Source of the DNA: a virus
Taxonomy: Duplodnaviria; Caudoviricetes
IMG/VR virus record: IMGVR_UViG_3300007515_000008
Span: 1 to 63,835 of that record
Strand: one strand, 5' to 3'
Length of the DNA stretch: 63,835 nucleotides
Positions 30,569 to 39,893 of the stretch are shown in pieces. How positions within the stretch are numbered: position 1 is the first letter of the stretch; each line of letters opens with the position of its first letter. Made by a program: the position numbers and the translations under genes. Below the pieces are notes generated by a model. That model ran no database searches. It saw nothing but the letters and a program-made list of their open reading frames with translations, and was not told the origin of the DNA.

Positions 30569-31303
30569 TTAAATTAAAGTTTGATTAATTTCATCTAGTT
30601 TAATCATTTTCAAGATACTATCTGTATCTTTTTCATATATATGTAAACTGTCCGCACTAAATGTTAATGTACCTATTCTTAATTTCGGATAAGTACGACC
30701 TAGGTCCCATTGCATCTTTTCCATTAAATACGAAAACCAAGGTAAGTCATATACAGGACCAGTGAATAAATCTGCTGATCTCATCCTTACTGTTGAATGT
30801 AATTTATCTTCTCGTATATGGAAGTTTTGATACATAGTACATACAAAATCCTTTGGATTTAGTTTTGCGTGTTTTGCTTTATTATATCTACATATAGCTT
30901 GTCTACTATCTTTATCTTCTTTTATTGTTCTTAAAGCAAAGTAATACGGTGTAGTATTAAATTCACTATGATCTTTCAATGTTATATGTCCATAGTTAGA
31001 ATTTATTTTACCATCATCATTAGCTATAGTTTTCCAAAACTTACTTGGTGCACCATCTGCTTTTGTATCACCGTTTAAATACCAATCCAATTCTTTTCTA
31101 GTATAGTGTTTTATAATTCTATTCCTATCTATATCATTAGTTATAATAGGATCACTGTTTGGATTGTCTATTGTTATTTGTACATTTAGTTTTTCTCTTA
31201 CTGGCATACCTCTTGGTTTTACTTTATAATCATAATGGTTATAAACAAGCCATAATAATTGAGAGTATGCATCAGATATATTTTTTGCATTATTAACGAA
31301 CAT
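30569..31303 (-). CDS. Thymidylate-synthase-family enzyme, probably dCMP-specific (dCMP hydroxymethylase-like)
   Basis: ELDWY, NSNYG, SRQA, DFVCT, MRSADLFTGPVYDLPW (Asp at the specificity position), SLHIYE. Confidence 0.8.
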   Translation of the reverse strand: MFVNNAKNISDAYSQLLWLVYNHYDYKVKPRGMPVREKLNVQITIDNPNSDPIITNDIDRNRIIKHYTRKELDWYLNGDTKADGAPSKFWKTIANDDGKINSNYGHITLKDHSEFNTTPYYFALRTIKEDKDSRQAICRYNKAKHAKLNPKDFVCTMYQNFHIREDKLHSTVRMRSADLFTGPVYDLPWFSYLMEKMQWDLGRTYPKLRIGTLTFSADSLHIYEKDTDSILKMIKLDEINQTLI

Positions 31304-31315
31304 ATCGCCTCCTTA

Positions 31316-31846
31316 TTATTTATCTCTTATATAATCACCTACTTCATTTAAGTGTCCTGTACGGTCCTTTATCTCATCATAAGCGGATAAAATACAATCG
31401 TATAATCTTATCTTTTGTAGGGCACATTGCATAGTTAATGTTACTATTATATCACCTATAGCATCTATAATTTCTTCTTTATCATTTCTATTAACTGCTT
31501 CTAATAATTCATGGCATTCCTCAAGAGTTTTAATAGCTTGAGTTATAGGTTTACCATTTTTAGTTATCTTTCTTTCATCACCCCATTTAGTTATTAGATC
31601 AATTATCTCATCTATCCAATAATCATTATTAGTATAAGTATTATATTTAGTATACGTTACACCATCAAATGGTACAAAAGTATCTTGTTTACTATCGTAT
31701 CTAGAACTAACAGCTTTATTTAAACTATGTCCACAAAATGGACAATGAGTTGCTGGTTGATCTAATTCAATAGATTCAGTAGCGAAACCCATTTCATCTT
31801 TAACCATAACTTCAAATGGTTCACTTTCACATTTTTGACATCTCAT
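31316..31846 (-). CDS. Zn-ribbon plus MazG-like NTP pyrophosphohydrolase
   Basis: CQKC...CPFC; KTLEECHEL...DAIGDIIVTL...AYDEIKDRTG. Confidence 0.85.
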   Translation of the reverse strand: MRCQKCESEPFEVMVKDEMGFATESIELDQPATHCPFCGHSLNKAVSSRYDSKQDTFVPFDGVTYTKYNTYTNNDYWIDEIIDLITKWGDERKITKNGKPITQAIKTLEECHELLEAVNRNDKEEIIDAIGDIIVTLTMQCALQKIRLYDCILSAYDEIKDRTGHLNEVGDYIRDK

Positions 31847-31848
31847 TT

Positions 31849-32340
31849 TTACTCCTTATTATTCCATATCTTTTTCGGATCCATGTAGTATCCGCCAAAG
31901 TTGGATTCTTTTAATTGTTTAATTATATTTTCAGCAGGCCATAAAGCATATTTTTCAATATTAACACTATCACCAACTTCTAATAATTTACTTTGATCGC
32001 GGTCTGTTTTAATAAATAGAAAATGAGTTAATTCACCTTCTTTTATATTACGAGTCCACCATTTCTTTTTATTTCCACTCTTACCACCAACATTAAACCA
32101 TTTGTTATTAACTTCTTTAATGTCAACAAACATATCTTGAAACCTAAAGTCATTCTTTATACTTTCTGTTTCATCTACAAGTCTTAATGATGATAAATAC
32201 CATTCTAATAATTGAGCATCTAATTGAATTTCAGCTTTAGAATAACCTAAATCCCATTGTTCTTTTCTATGTTTAATAAAACTTTCTCTAACAGGTATTT
32301 CTTTAAAATTATCCATTATATTACAGAGTTCAGCACTCAT
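31849..32340 (-). CDS. Hypothetical protein, possible PD-(D/E)xK nuclease
   Basis: LLEWYL...NDF...VDIKEV spacing. Confidence 0.45.
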   Translation of the reverse strand: MSAELCNIMDNFKEIPVRESFIKHRKEQWDLGYSKAEIQLDAQLLEWYLSSLRLVDETESIKNDFRFQDMFVDIKEVNNKWFNVGGKSGNKKKWWTRNIKEGELTHFLFIKTDRDQSKLLEVGDSVNIEKYALWPAENIIKQLKESNFGGYYMDPKKIWNNKE

Positions 32341-32378
32341 AATAACTCCTTATTTTTAGTTAAAATTATCTCAACCGG

Positions 32379-32400
32379 CTCTATAAGGGAGTGGTCGAAT
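32379..32400 (-). promoter_or_regulatory. Candidate phage RNAP promoter for middle genes, ATTCGACCACTCCCTTATAGAG
   Basis: Identical 22-mer at 43843 in opposite orientation; T7-promoter-like; overlaps the RNAP stop codon. Confidence 0.75.
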
Positions 32401-34841
32401 TAGCAGAAGAAATAATCTGAATCTATTAATTCTAGTAAGTTGAGTTTCCCTTTCTTCGGTTCAGGTTCTACAAATAGAGGATCATTATTTATAATTTGTC
32501 CTCTCATATCTTTAAATATATTCTTATCATATATATCTATAAATGTTTCTTTTGTTATATGTAATAACTCAGGTACGTTTTCAGCGTGTACACTAAAACT
32601 ATCGTGTATTGCACCAAATGATAAGATACCTGCTTTTTGTAATTCAATTATGACTAACGACATGTGAGCTGCATCCATTGAATGTACATAATTCGGACTG
32701 ATTCCTGAAATCATTTCATGCATTGCAGGACGTTCAGTTTGTTCGTGTACTACTACTTGTATTCTTCCTTGTGTAAATGGTAGTTCTATCTTCTTTTTGT
32801 TCATAATCCACTTCTCAGACACACATGGGAACCCGCTAGGACTTACCCAGCATACTGTATCTTCATTTTGTACACCTACCCTATGCTTGACTAAGGCTTG
32901 TAAGTAATTTTTAATAGAAACAGGACCAGAACAAATTGCATTATAAGTGTGCACAAGATCTTTTGATAGCTTTTTCGCTATTGTTTTTGTGATTCCGTAT
33001 TTTGTTGTCATACCAGCGTCATAGCAATCCATGTAAATAATATCAGCTATACATTTCACTCCAGCATCATAAGCTTTAGTCATAGTTCCTCTTTTACTAA
33101 TACCTTTTCGTATTAATTTCATAGGTATTTCTGCTAATATTTTACCTAAATCAGTACCAATATTTCTATTAAGAATTCCTTTAGCTACTACTATATAAAA
33201 GTCTATTGGTTTTTCTTGTGGAATTAATCCAACCATTCTACCAGCTATTTCATCTTTTGACATCGCAGCTAGATGTTGAGTTCCATTAGAAGATCCATCA
33301 ATAGCAATTGGTAGATTTGAATAATGCTCTTCACCTGATAATACTGAACCATGATAAGCACATATTTCAAAACATATTGATAAGAAAACCCAAGGTTTTT
33401 CAGCTGCCATCCAAATATCTTTAGTACCTATAGGATCTTCTGCTATATTCCAAAATAATTCAGTGTTTTGTTCTGACCATTCTTGTCGATCTTCTAATGA
33501 CATTTTATCTACTGAAAGATCTGGTATTCCATCAGTAACAAGGTCCGTTATATAGTTCGTTTTAGTCCATTCTAATTCAGTTAATTCTGCTACTGTATAG
33601 GACTGATTATAACTATTTGCAGCATGTATTAATAAATATTTAAATCCTTTTTCAGTTACTAGTTGTTTCTCAGCAAATTGTAAATGTCCTCTTGCTAGGT
33701 CATTAGATTGATAAGAAAAGTATGGATCTCTAGCATATACTCTTCCTCTAAAGTCAAGAAACATAGATAAGTAAAATGTGTAAGATGCCCAACCGTTTAT
33801 TCCATGTATGCTATTTAATATTGCATGGTTTCTTGCAGCTTTTGATTGTGTCGCTAAGCATAGTTGTTTTGCTGTCCACATTAAATTGTGTTTGTCAAAT
33901 AATTTACTAAGTTTAGCTATGCTTTTCTTACACTTTTGCATTGCTTTTCCATCTATTTTCAGGTTATTCTTGCGCTTCTCTTCTTTACTTAATTGAGCTT
34001 CAATTGTTTTAACTGTTGTAGCATTTCCTTTGTGAGGTTCGAATAGTGATCCATCTTTATAAAGATTAACGTCTTTATATATTTCATTTATATTTTCTCT
34101 TCTAATATCTTTTGTATCAAATTCAATTTCATCACCATTTTCTGTTTTTAGTTTTATTATTGTTTCAGTTAATTTGTTTGTTAATTGTTCACTCACTTTC
34201 GCAACACTAGCATTTACGCACCACTTAACTTTCTCTAATGTATTAACTGCTTTCACATATTCATCGTATCTATCAATTTCTTTTATCGAGCTTTTAATTA
34301 GTCGATCTTTAATTCCGTCTACCATTCTTACGTTTTGTTTCCAAGCAGGATATTGGTGTCTCGATATTCCTATTCTTTCTTTGTCATCTAATATTATGTT
34401 TCCATATCTATGTCCCATTTCTAAATGATATGGCTGCAGACGCACAGTTCTTTTTTGTCCTCGTTCCATAATTTCTTCTATTGTAAAGAAAGGTTCTCTT
34501 GTTAGTATTAAATATTCGTTATCGATAAGTGTGTTCAGTACTAAACAACCAAGTTTCATTTTAATAACTATATTATCGTTTTCTATATTTAAGTGCCTCA
34601 CGATTATTTCACCAACATTCATATTAGTGTTGGTCAACATAATTTTCCCTTCGTGTCTTTGAAATGTTGATGTAAGATAATTAAACGTTTCTTTAATTAT
34701 ATTCACCATTCGGAAATCATCTCTAAGACAGTTTGCATTTCTTACTTCTTTAATTGCAGAATTATTATTATTTGCACTTCCACTCTGCATGATCTTTTCT
34801 TCTATCGACCAAACTATTTCTTGTACATTACTGTTTTCCAT
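32400..34841 (-). CDS. T7/T3-like single-subunit DNA-directed RNA polymerase
   Basis: LDFRGRVY, SNDLARGHL, AEKPWVFL, PIAIDGSSNGTQH, KRGTMTKAY, PNYVHSMDAAHM, IHDSF, C-terminal YFFC; GGAGG RBS before 34841. Confidence 0.96.
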   Translation of the reverse strand: MENSNVQEIVWSIEEKIMQSGSANNNNSAIKEVRNANCLRDDFRMVNIIKETFNYLTSTFQRHEGKIMLTNTNMNVGEIIVRHLNIENDNIVIKMKLGCLVLNTLIDNEYLILTREPFFTIEEIMERGQKRTVRLQPYHLEMGHRYGNIILDDKERIGISRHQYPAWKQNVRMVDGIKDRLIKSSIKEIDRYDEYVKAVNTLEKVKWCVNASVAKVSEQLTNKLTETIIKLKTENGDEIEFDTKDIRRENINEIYKDVNLYKDGSLFEPHKGNATTVKTIEAQLSKEEKRKNNLKIDGKAMQKCKKSIAKLSKLFDKHNLMWTAKQLCLATQSKAARNHAILNSIHGINGWASYTFYLSMFLDFRGRVYARDPYFSYQSNDLARGHLQFAEKQLVTEKGFKYLLIHAANSYNQSYTVAELTELEWTKTNYITDLVTDGIPDLSVDKMSLEDRQEWSEQNTELFWNIAEDPIGTKDIWMAAEKPWVFLSICFEICAYHGSVLSGEEHYSNLPIAIDGSSNGTQHLAAMSKDEIAGRMVGLIPQEKPIDFYIVVAKGILNRNIGTDLGKILAEIPMKLIRKGISKRGTMTKAYDAGVKCIADIIYMDCYDAGMTTKYGITKTIAKKLSKDLVHTYNAICSGPVSIKNYLQALVKHRVGVQNEDTVCWVSPSGFPCVSEKWIMNKKKIELPFTQGRIQVVVHEQTERPAMHEMISGISPNYVHSMDAAHMSLVIIELQKAGILSFGAIHDSFSVHAENVPELLHITKETFIDIYDKNIFKDMRGQIINNDPLFVEPEPKKGKLNLLELIDSDYFFC

Positions 34842-35061
34842 AATTTCCTCCATAATCATTATCAACTAAATATTTATTATCATCAATTTCTATTACATAT
34901 CCTACTTCTAATGCTTTCTTTAGAAGTTGATCTTCATCTAATTCAAAGTTAAAATTAGGTGCTTGATTCATAAATAGCTCATGTTTAGTAAAAATTACTT
35001 CTTCAACAATTTGAATTGTTTTAACTTTTCCTGGAATTGTCCAGTTATTATTGCTTTTCAT
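34828..35061 (-). CDS. Hypothetical protein
   Basis: 77-aa ORF with AGGAG RBS. Confidence 0.55.
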   Translation of the reverse strand: MKSNNNWTIPGKVKTIQIVEEVIFTKHELFMNQAPNFNFELDEDQLLKKALEVGYVIEIDDNKYLVDNDYGGNYGKQ

Positions 35062-35169
35062 GATACTCTCCTGTCTTTTTAGCTTGTTTTTTCTTATCTG
35101 GTATTATTTTTGTATGCCATATTTTACTATGTCTTAAAGCATATTTTAGTTTATTTTTAATCCTGTGTT

Positions 35170-36141
35170 TCATTCTTTCTCCTTATATCTATTCCAGTCT
35201 AATTTATCATTCCAATCTTCACCAGTTTCTTCAGGAATAAATACATAAGCTTTTATTCCTTTCATTTTCATTTTCTTAGCTAGAACGTATGCTGCGGCTT
35301 GTCCTGTGAATGATGCGTCATTATCACCATATATCATTACACATTCCACACCATTTGGTGGAATAAAGTTTTCTAAACAATGTGCATTAGTAGACGCGAA
35401 TGCTGGGTATCCACAATCTAAACTACCCGCGTATGCTGATTCAATTCCTTCTGCTACGCAAATTGTGCTTATACCATTTCCAGAATCACAGTAAGAAGCA
35501 AGTACAGATTTTTCTATCCAATCAGTATCTAAACGTATTGATGCTCCAGTTATTGTACCTTTTGGTGGCATAACTTTTCTAGCACTCTTTAGATCTGCTT
35601 TCTTACCATCTTTTGTGTATGTGATATGGAATGACACTCCATCTCCTTTAAAGTCTTGTATTAAACTAACCATGCAATCAAATTTACCTTTAGATTTTCC
35701 ATCTTCAAAGTAATCTAACCTTGCTTGTTTTAATCCATCTGGAATATCTTTAAATCCTCTTGATCTTAAGTAAAGACCAACAGATCCGTTCCATTCTATT
35801 GGTTTCAATTGTTTTGCTACATAATTTAGTGCTGGTCGTGGATCTTTCTTTGGTACAACTTCAACTTTTTCAAGTTTACCAAGTCCCACTAGCGGCTCTA
35901 TATGTTCTACAGCAGTACGGAAATCCCACTTGTATAACTTTTGTACTAGTGTCCAACCATTTCCGTTACCACATCCTCTACATAAATATACTCCATCACC
36001 ATTTAGATCTGTGAAAGTATATCTATCTTTACCTCCACATAATGGGCAAGGACCATTTTTATTTTGCAGGTATTTATCATCAACACCAAGTGTTTTGAGA
36101 ATACCGTGCCATCTGCCTTTTACGGCTTCGGTTACATCCAT
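35170..36141 (-). CDS. DNA primase (P4-alpha-type Zn-binding domain plus Toprim)
   Basis: GPCPLCGGKDRY...CRGC; YLRSRG; VAEGIES; YGDND...GQ; DWND. Confidence 0.9.
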   Translation of the reverse strand: MDVTEAVKGRWHGILKTLGVDDKYLQNKNGPCPLCGGKDRYTFTDLNGDGVYLCRGCGNGNGWTLVQKLYKWDFRTAVEHIEPLVGLGKLEKVEVVPKKDPRPALNYVAKQLKPIEWNGSVGLYLRSRGFKDIPDGLKQARLDYFEDGKSKGKFDCMVSLIQDFKGDGVSFHITYTKDGKKADLKSARKVMPPKGTITGASIRLDTDWIEKSVLASYCDSGNGISTICVAEGIESAYAGSLDCGYPAFASTNAHCLENFIPPNGVECVMIYGDNDASFTGQAAAYVLAKKMKMKGIKAYVFIPEETGEDWNDKLDWNRYKEKE

Positions 36142-36155
36142 ATTATTACTCCTTA

Positions 36156-36413
36156 TTATTTACTATCGTTTGCTGCGCATTTAGTGTCCCAGTGTTTTGC
36201 CCAGAAATTTAGGATTTTAGACGATGTTATTCTATCAAGTTCATCATTAACATCAATGTCAATTTCTATTTCTCTTTTTACTGGTTCATTTGGTTTTACT
36301 TCGCTTGCATTATTTATTAATTTATAGCTTCCTGTTGGAATACTAGAAATATCTAATAAGTCAAACAACATTAACTGTTCATTCAAACCATCGCAAGTCA
36401 TTGTTATTTTCAT
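36156..36413 (-). CDS. Hypothetical early protein
   Basis: ORF with TAAGGAG RBS. Confidence 0.55.
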   Translation of the reverse strand: MKITMTCDGLNEQLMLFDLLDISSIPTGSYKLINNASEVKPNEPVKREIEIDIDVNDELDRITSSKILNFWAKHWDTKCAANDSK

Positions 36414-36426
36414 TTGTTACTCCTTA

Positions 36427-36816
36427 TTATAATGTTATATTTCTATACCAAGGCGTTTCTCTCTTTTCCCTAGCATAAGCTTCTTTTTCATTTGATTCAA
36501 TATCTTCAAAATCAAAACGATCTTCAGTATATTGTTCCAAATGTATTAGCTCATGTCTTAATACTTGATTAAATTCGTCAAGTATATCTTGAGCTTCGAT
36601 CCAACTGATATTAACACCTTTTTCGTGTGTATGAATATCAATTTCGATTGGTGTACTGATACTCTCTACTTCAAAATAAGGATTAAAAGCTCCACATATA
36701 ACTATATCGTATTGTTTTATATCATCATTTTGAATTAAATTTACAGTAACTTTATCTGTATCGATTTTGTTTTGAATTATTTTTAAGAGATCTTCATTTG
36801 TCATGTTGTTCTCCAA
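36427..36816 (-). CDS. HExxH zinc-metalloprotease-like protein
   Basis: VLRHELIHLEQY...NEKEAY. Confidence 0.6.
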   Translation of the reverse strand: MENNMTNEDLLKIIQNKIDTDKVTVNLIQNDDIKQYDIVICGAFNPYFEVESISTPIEIDIHTHEKGVNISWIEAQDILDEFNQVLRHELIHLEQYTEDRFDFEDIESNEKEAYAREKRETPWYRNITL

Positions 36817-37060
36817 ATAATTCCTTTATTACTTCGTTATAGACTTCCTCTTTTGACAATTCTGTATGGTGCCATCTTTTTCGACGACCATATATTGCCT
36901 GCACATTGTCTTTTATATATTTCTTAATATCTTTATCAGAGTGTGTTCTTGTTCCTTCGAACATGATCGCAACATCTTCATAAATACTATCAACTATATG
37001 AAATACAAAATTCCAATCTTCGCGAGTCAATCCATTAATCGTCCCGCTTTTGTTTTCCAT
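36794..37060 (-). CDS. Hypothetical early protein
   Basis: ORF with AGGAG RBS. Confidence 0.55.
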   Translation of the reverse strand: MENKSGTINGLTREDWNFVFHIVDSIYEDVAIMFEGTRTHSDKDIKKYIKDNVQAIYGRRKRWHHTELSKEEVYNEVIKELFGEQHDK

Positions 37061-37442
37061 ACATTTCTCCTAAAAGATTATGTGTTATTAAGGCTTTGTT
37101 ACTAACTTCATCGCCTAGTAGAACTGGATATAAGTTTTCATTTAAATATTCATCGACTTCTTCATCGAATTCATATTCTACCGTGTCAAATGGTTCTTCT
37201 TCTGGTAGATTAAAAATGTAATAACCTAATGTCCAAGCTTGTTTTAGGAATTCAAGAGCTAAACCTTTCTTTTTAACATCTATGAATCCTGTCTTTTCAT
37301 CGACTAAGTTTAAATATATTTTTTCTATAGTTTTTAATTCGTCGATCATTTCATCTTTGGCTATACTTCTATAGGTTTCCCATATTCTCTCATAGTCTTC
37401 TTCTTTTTTCCAATCACTTGAGTTCATCCAATGTGTACTCAT
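37035..37442 (-). CDS. Hypothetical acidic early protein
   Basis: ORF with AAGGAGG RBS. Confidence 0.6.
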   Translation of the reverse strand: MSTHWMNSSDWKKEEDYERIWETYRSIAKDEMIDELKTIEKIYLNLVDEKTGFIDVKKKGLALEFLKQAWTLGYYIFNLPEEEPFDTVEYEFDEEVDEYLNENLYPVLLGDEVSNKALITHNLLGEMYGKQKRDD

Positions 37443-37457
37443 ATTACCTCCTTCGTT

Positions 37458-37727
37458 TTATCCTGGTAAATCTTCTTCTTTATGACCTTGAAAAGCTTTA
37501 TCAGAATTTTTATAATTAACAATATTACTTAATATTTCTAAAACATCCTCATCTGAACATTTACCTCTTCCTAATTGGTCGACTAAATCTTCTAATGATT
37601 CTAATAAGTTAAAATGCTCATATTCTATATCACATTCTAAACATATAGGTGGGATAAGTATTTTACCGTCAGGATCTTCATAAGTTAAAGCATCAGAAGA
37701 ACCACATTTATTACAAATTACACTCAT
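37458..37727 (-). CDS. Small Zn-finger protein
   Basis: CNKC...CLEC; AAGGAGG RBS before MSVIC. Confidence 0.55.
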   Translation of the reverse strand: MSVICNKCGSSDALTYEDPDGKILIPPICLECDIEYEHFNLLESLEDLVDQLGRGKCSDEDVLEILSNIVNYKNSDKAFQGHKEEDLPG

Positions 37728-37738
37728 ATTACCTCCTT

Positions 37739-38035
37739 TTATAGTAGTTTTTCCCATTGATATTCATCTGTAGAAGTTTGGTATACTTTTTCAGGTCTTT
37801 TGTATTGCTCGTCATTACCCATTTCATACCGTTCGGCTTCACGGTTTGTTTTATATTCTAAAGCAGAGTCTTCGTCTTCTCTTATTCTTTTGTAATGTTC
37901 TTCATCTGTTATTACATATAGAATTTGCCATTTTATCCACCAACTATATACTTCATTTAAATTATATGGTAGTTTATAATAGTCTTGAGTCGAATGCCAA
38001 GCTTCAACTAAAAAACTTGTTTTTTCTTTACTCAT
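37739..38035 (-). CDS. Hypothetical early protein
   Basis: ORF with GGAGGT RBS, ATGA overlap. Confidence 0.55.
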   Translation of the reverse strand: MSKEKTSFLVEAWHSTQDYYKLPYNLNEVYSWWIKWQILYVITDEEHYKRIREDEDSALEYKTNREAERYEMGNDEQYKRPEKVYQTSTDEYQWEKLL

Positions 38036-38334
38036 TTTATTTTCACCTCCCTTATTATTATTTTAGATATATCATGTACTTCATTCCATCCAATATTTAA
38101 AGTTGGATGTCTATGCATTCTTACATGATCCATAGACAGAATATCAGCTATGATTTCTCTATTTAATGGTTTTAATTCCAGTGAATATAATTCAGCTTTA
38201 CTATCTGGTGTCGCATATTTTATTATTTCTAAAGCTTTTACAGCTTTGTCTTTGCGTCCATAATATTTGCTGAATATTAATTCATCTGTAATTTCATGCC
38301 AATAATGTTTATTTGTTATTTCATATACTATCAT
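38032..38334 (-). CDS. Hypothetical early protein
   Basis: ORF with TAAGGAG RBS. Confidence 0.55.
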   Translation of the reverse strand: MIVYEITNKHYWHEITDELIFSKYYGRKDKAVKALEIIKYATPDSKAELYSLELKPLNREIIADILSMDHVRMHRHPTLNIGWNEVHDISKIIIREVKIK

Positions 38335-38463
38335 TATTACTCCTTATATATACATGTGCCATAAGTATGGTAAATATCCAATACATAATCCTACCACAAA
38401 ACCTTTGAATTGTTCTGCGTATTTCGGATTTTTATAATGTTCATATTTAATCATATTATCCTC

Positions 38464-39030
38464 CTATGCTCTAAAGTAATAACCATCTTCTTCAAAATAG
38501 TCATACATAAGTTCATGAGCAGCAGATTCCCAATCTATGCAATTCATCGGCCAATCCTCTCCACCTTCATCAAATCCAAGTGTTTCAGATGCCATTTCTC
38601 TTGCAAAGTCTTCATCATCATCATAATAACCTATATAACTTTCTTCTATATCACATAATTCCATATAGTTTTCTAAGGCAGCATTAACAGCTGCAATAGG
38701 TATGTGCTCATTATCTCTTAAGAATTCGATATATTCAAATATCTCATCCATTTCCATTGCTTCATCACTTTCTACACCATCAGGCCAATCTTGAAAATCT
38801 TGAAACATAAATTCAGGATCGTCTTCATCTTCGTGTATTTGCATACAACGTTCTAAGAAATCTTGTTCATTACCATAGTCAGCTATCGTTACCCACTCAC
38901 CATGTAGATCACCTTCGGCATATTTCTTATAAGTTCCAACATATACTTTTATTTCTTCTATTGCTTTTTCACGTTCTGTTTGTTCAGTATATTTTTGAAA
39001 CGCTCTTAGTTCTTCTGTTGTCATTGCCAT
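38464..39030 (-). CDS. ardA: Antirestriction protein ArdA (DNA mimic)
   Basis: VYVGTYKKY..G.L.GEW, PEFMFQD, YIGYYDDDEDFA, IDWESAAHEL..DY, GYYFR; highly acidic. Confidence 0.88.
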   Translation of the reverse strand: MAMTTEELRAFQKYTEQTEREKAIEEIKVYVGTYKKYAEGDLHGEWVTIADYGNEQDFLERCMQIHEDEDDPEFMFQDFQDWPDGVESDEAMEMDEIFEYIEFLRDNEHIPIAAVNAALENYMELCDIEESYIGYYDDDEDFAREMASETLGFDEGGEDWPMNCIDWESAAHELMYDYFEEDGYYFRA

Positions 39031-39173
39031 TTTTCACCTTCCTTATTTTTATTTGTTGATTTTAATTTGCTAAGCTTTCTTTGGAGCTTCAAGTTCTTAG
39101 CATATTGCTTCACGGCAATATCGTGCGCCGCTTTTTGTACTTTTTCTGATTTATTCATATTATTTCCTTATGA

Positions 39174-39347
39174 TTATATTTCTTTTATCCAACCTACGCA
39201 TAGTTGCGCGTCTTCTGGTTCACATACCAGAGGATCTGCACTATTTTGTAGGACCCTTTGCTCGTTAAACTTTTCTTCTAACGAGCTGCATCCAGTTATT
39301 AATGTGACTAATAACTGTAATACTATTATTAAAGCTATAGTTTTCAT
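39174..39347 (-). CDS. 57-aa lipoprotein (not in ORF track), possible superinfection exclusion
   Basis: TAAGGAG RBS; MKTIALIIVLQLLVTLITG-C lipobox. Confidence 0.6.
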   Translation of the reverse strand: MKTIALIIVLQLLVTLITGCSSLEEKFNEQRVLQNSADPLVCEPEDAQLCVGWIKEI

Positions 39348-39865
39348 CTAGTGTAACTCCTTATTGTATCTGAATCAAGTTCTATTTGATCTAACAAATC
39401 TTGTATTTCATCTTGATTCATTTCTTGTAGTTCTTTGATCTTATCCATGTGTTTCTTGATTCTTACCTTAGCATTAAATAACCATGTGTTATGACTATCT
39501 TCTGCATAATACACATCGAAATATTCAGCGTGTTTATGTGGTAAGTATTGATCATAGTATCTACGATTATGTCCATCAGCTAGAGCGTGTTTAACTCTTG
39601 GACCACGTGGCATGAGACGAACTCTCATAAGTGAATTCCAATTACCTAATTCCCAGTTACGTTTTAAAGCGAATTTTCTGGCATGAGCATTATGCTTAGC
39701 AGCTTTCTTCTTTAAATCCAAAACTAATGGATGTTTCTTGTGACTAACGGTAAAACGATACATTAGAGAACCTCTTTTTTCGTGGTTCATTTTGATTTCG
39801 TTATCACCTAGATAATTAGTGTCGTTTGATAATCTCAAGACACTAGTGTGTTTTGCTTTTTTCAC
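39344..39865 (-). CDS. Hypothetical basic early protein
   Basis: 173 aa, GTG start with TAAGGAG RBS. Confidence 0.6.
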   Translation of the reverse strand: MKKAKHTSVLRLSNDTNYLGDNEIKMNHEKRGSLMYRFTVSHKKHPLVLDLKKKAAKHNAHARKFALKRNWELGNWNSLMRVRLMPRGPRVKHALADGHNRRYYDQYLPHKHAEYFDVYYAEDSHNTWLFNAKVRIKKHMDKIKELQEMNQDEIQDLLDQIELDSDTIRSYTR

Positions 39866-39893
39866 GTTATACTCCTTATATTATTATTATATT

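Noticed and set aside
30569-31303. Ordinary thyA
   Set aside because: Asp replaces the dUMP-specifying Asn and the PCH motif reads VCT, so it was not given the thyA symbol
32400-34841. T7-like RNAP repurposed as the missing DNA polymerase
   Set aside because: It retains RNAP-specific motifs including the Y639-equivalent, shows no proofreading exonuclease motifs, and has a promoter-like element at its 3' end
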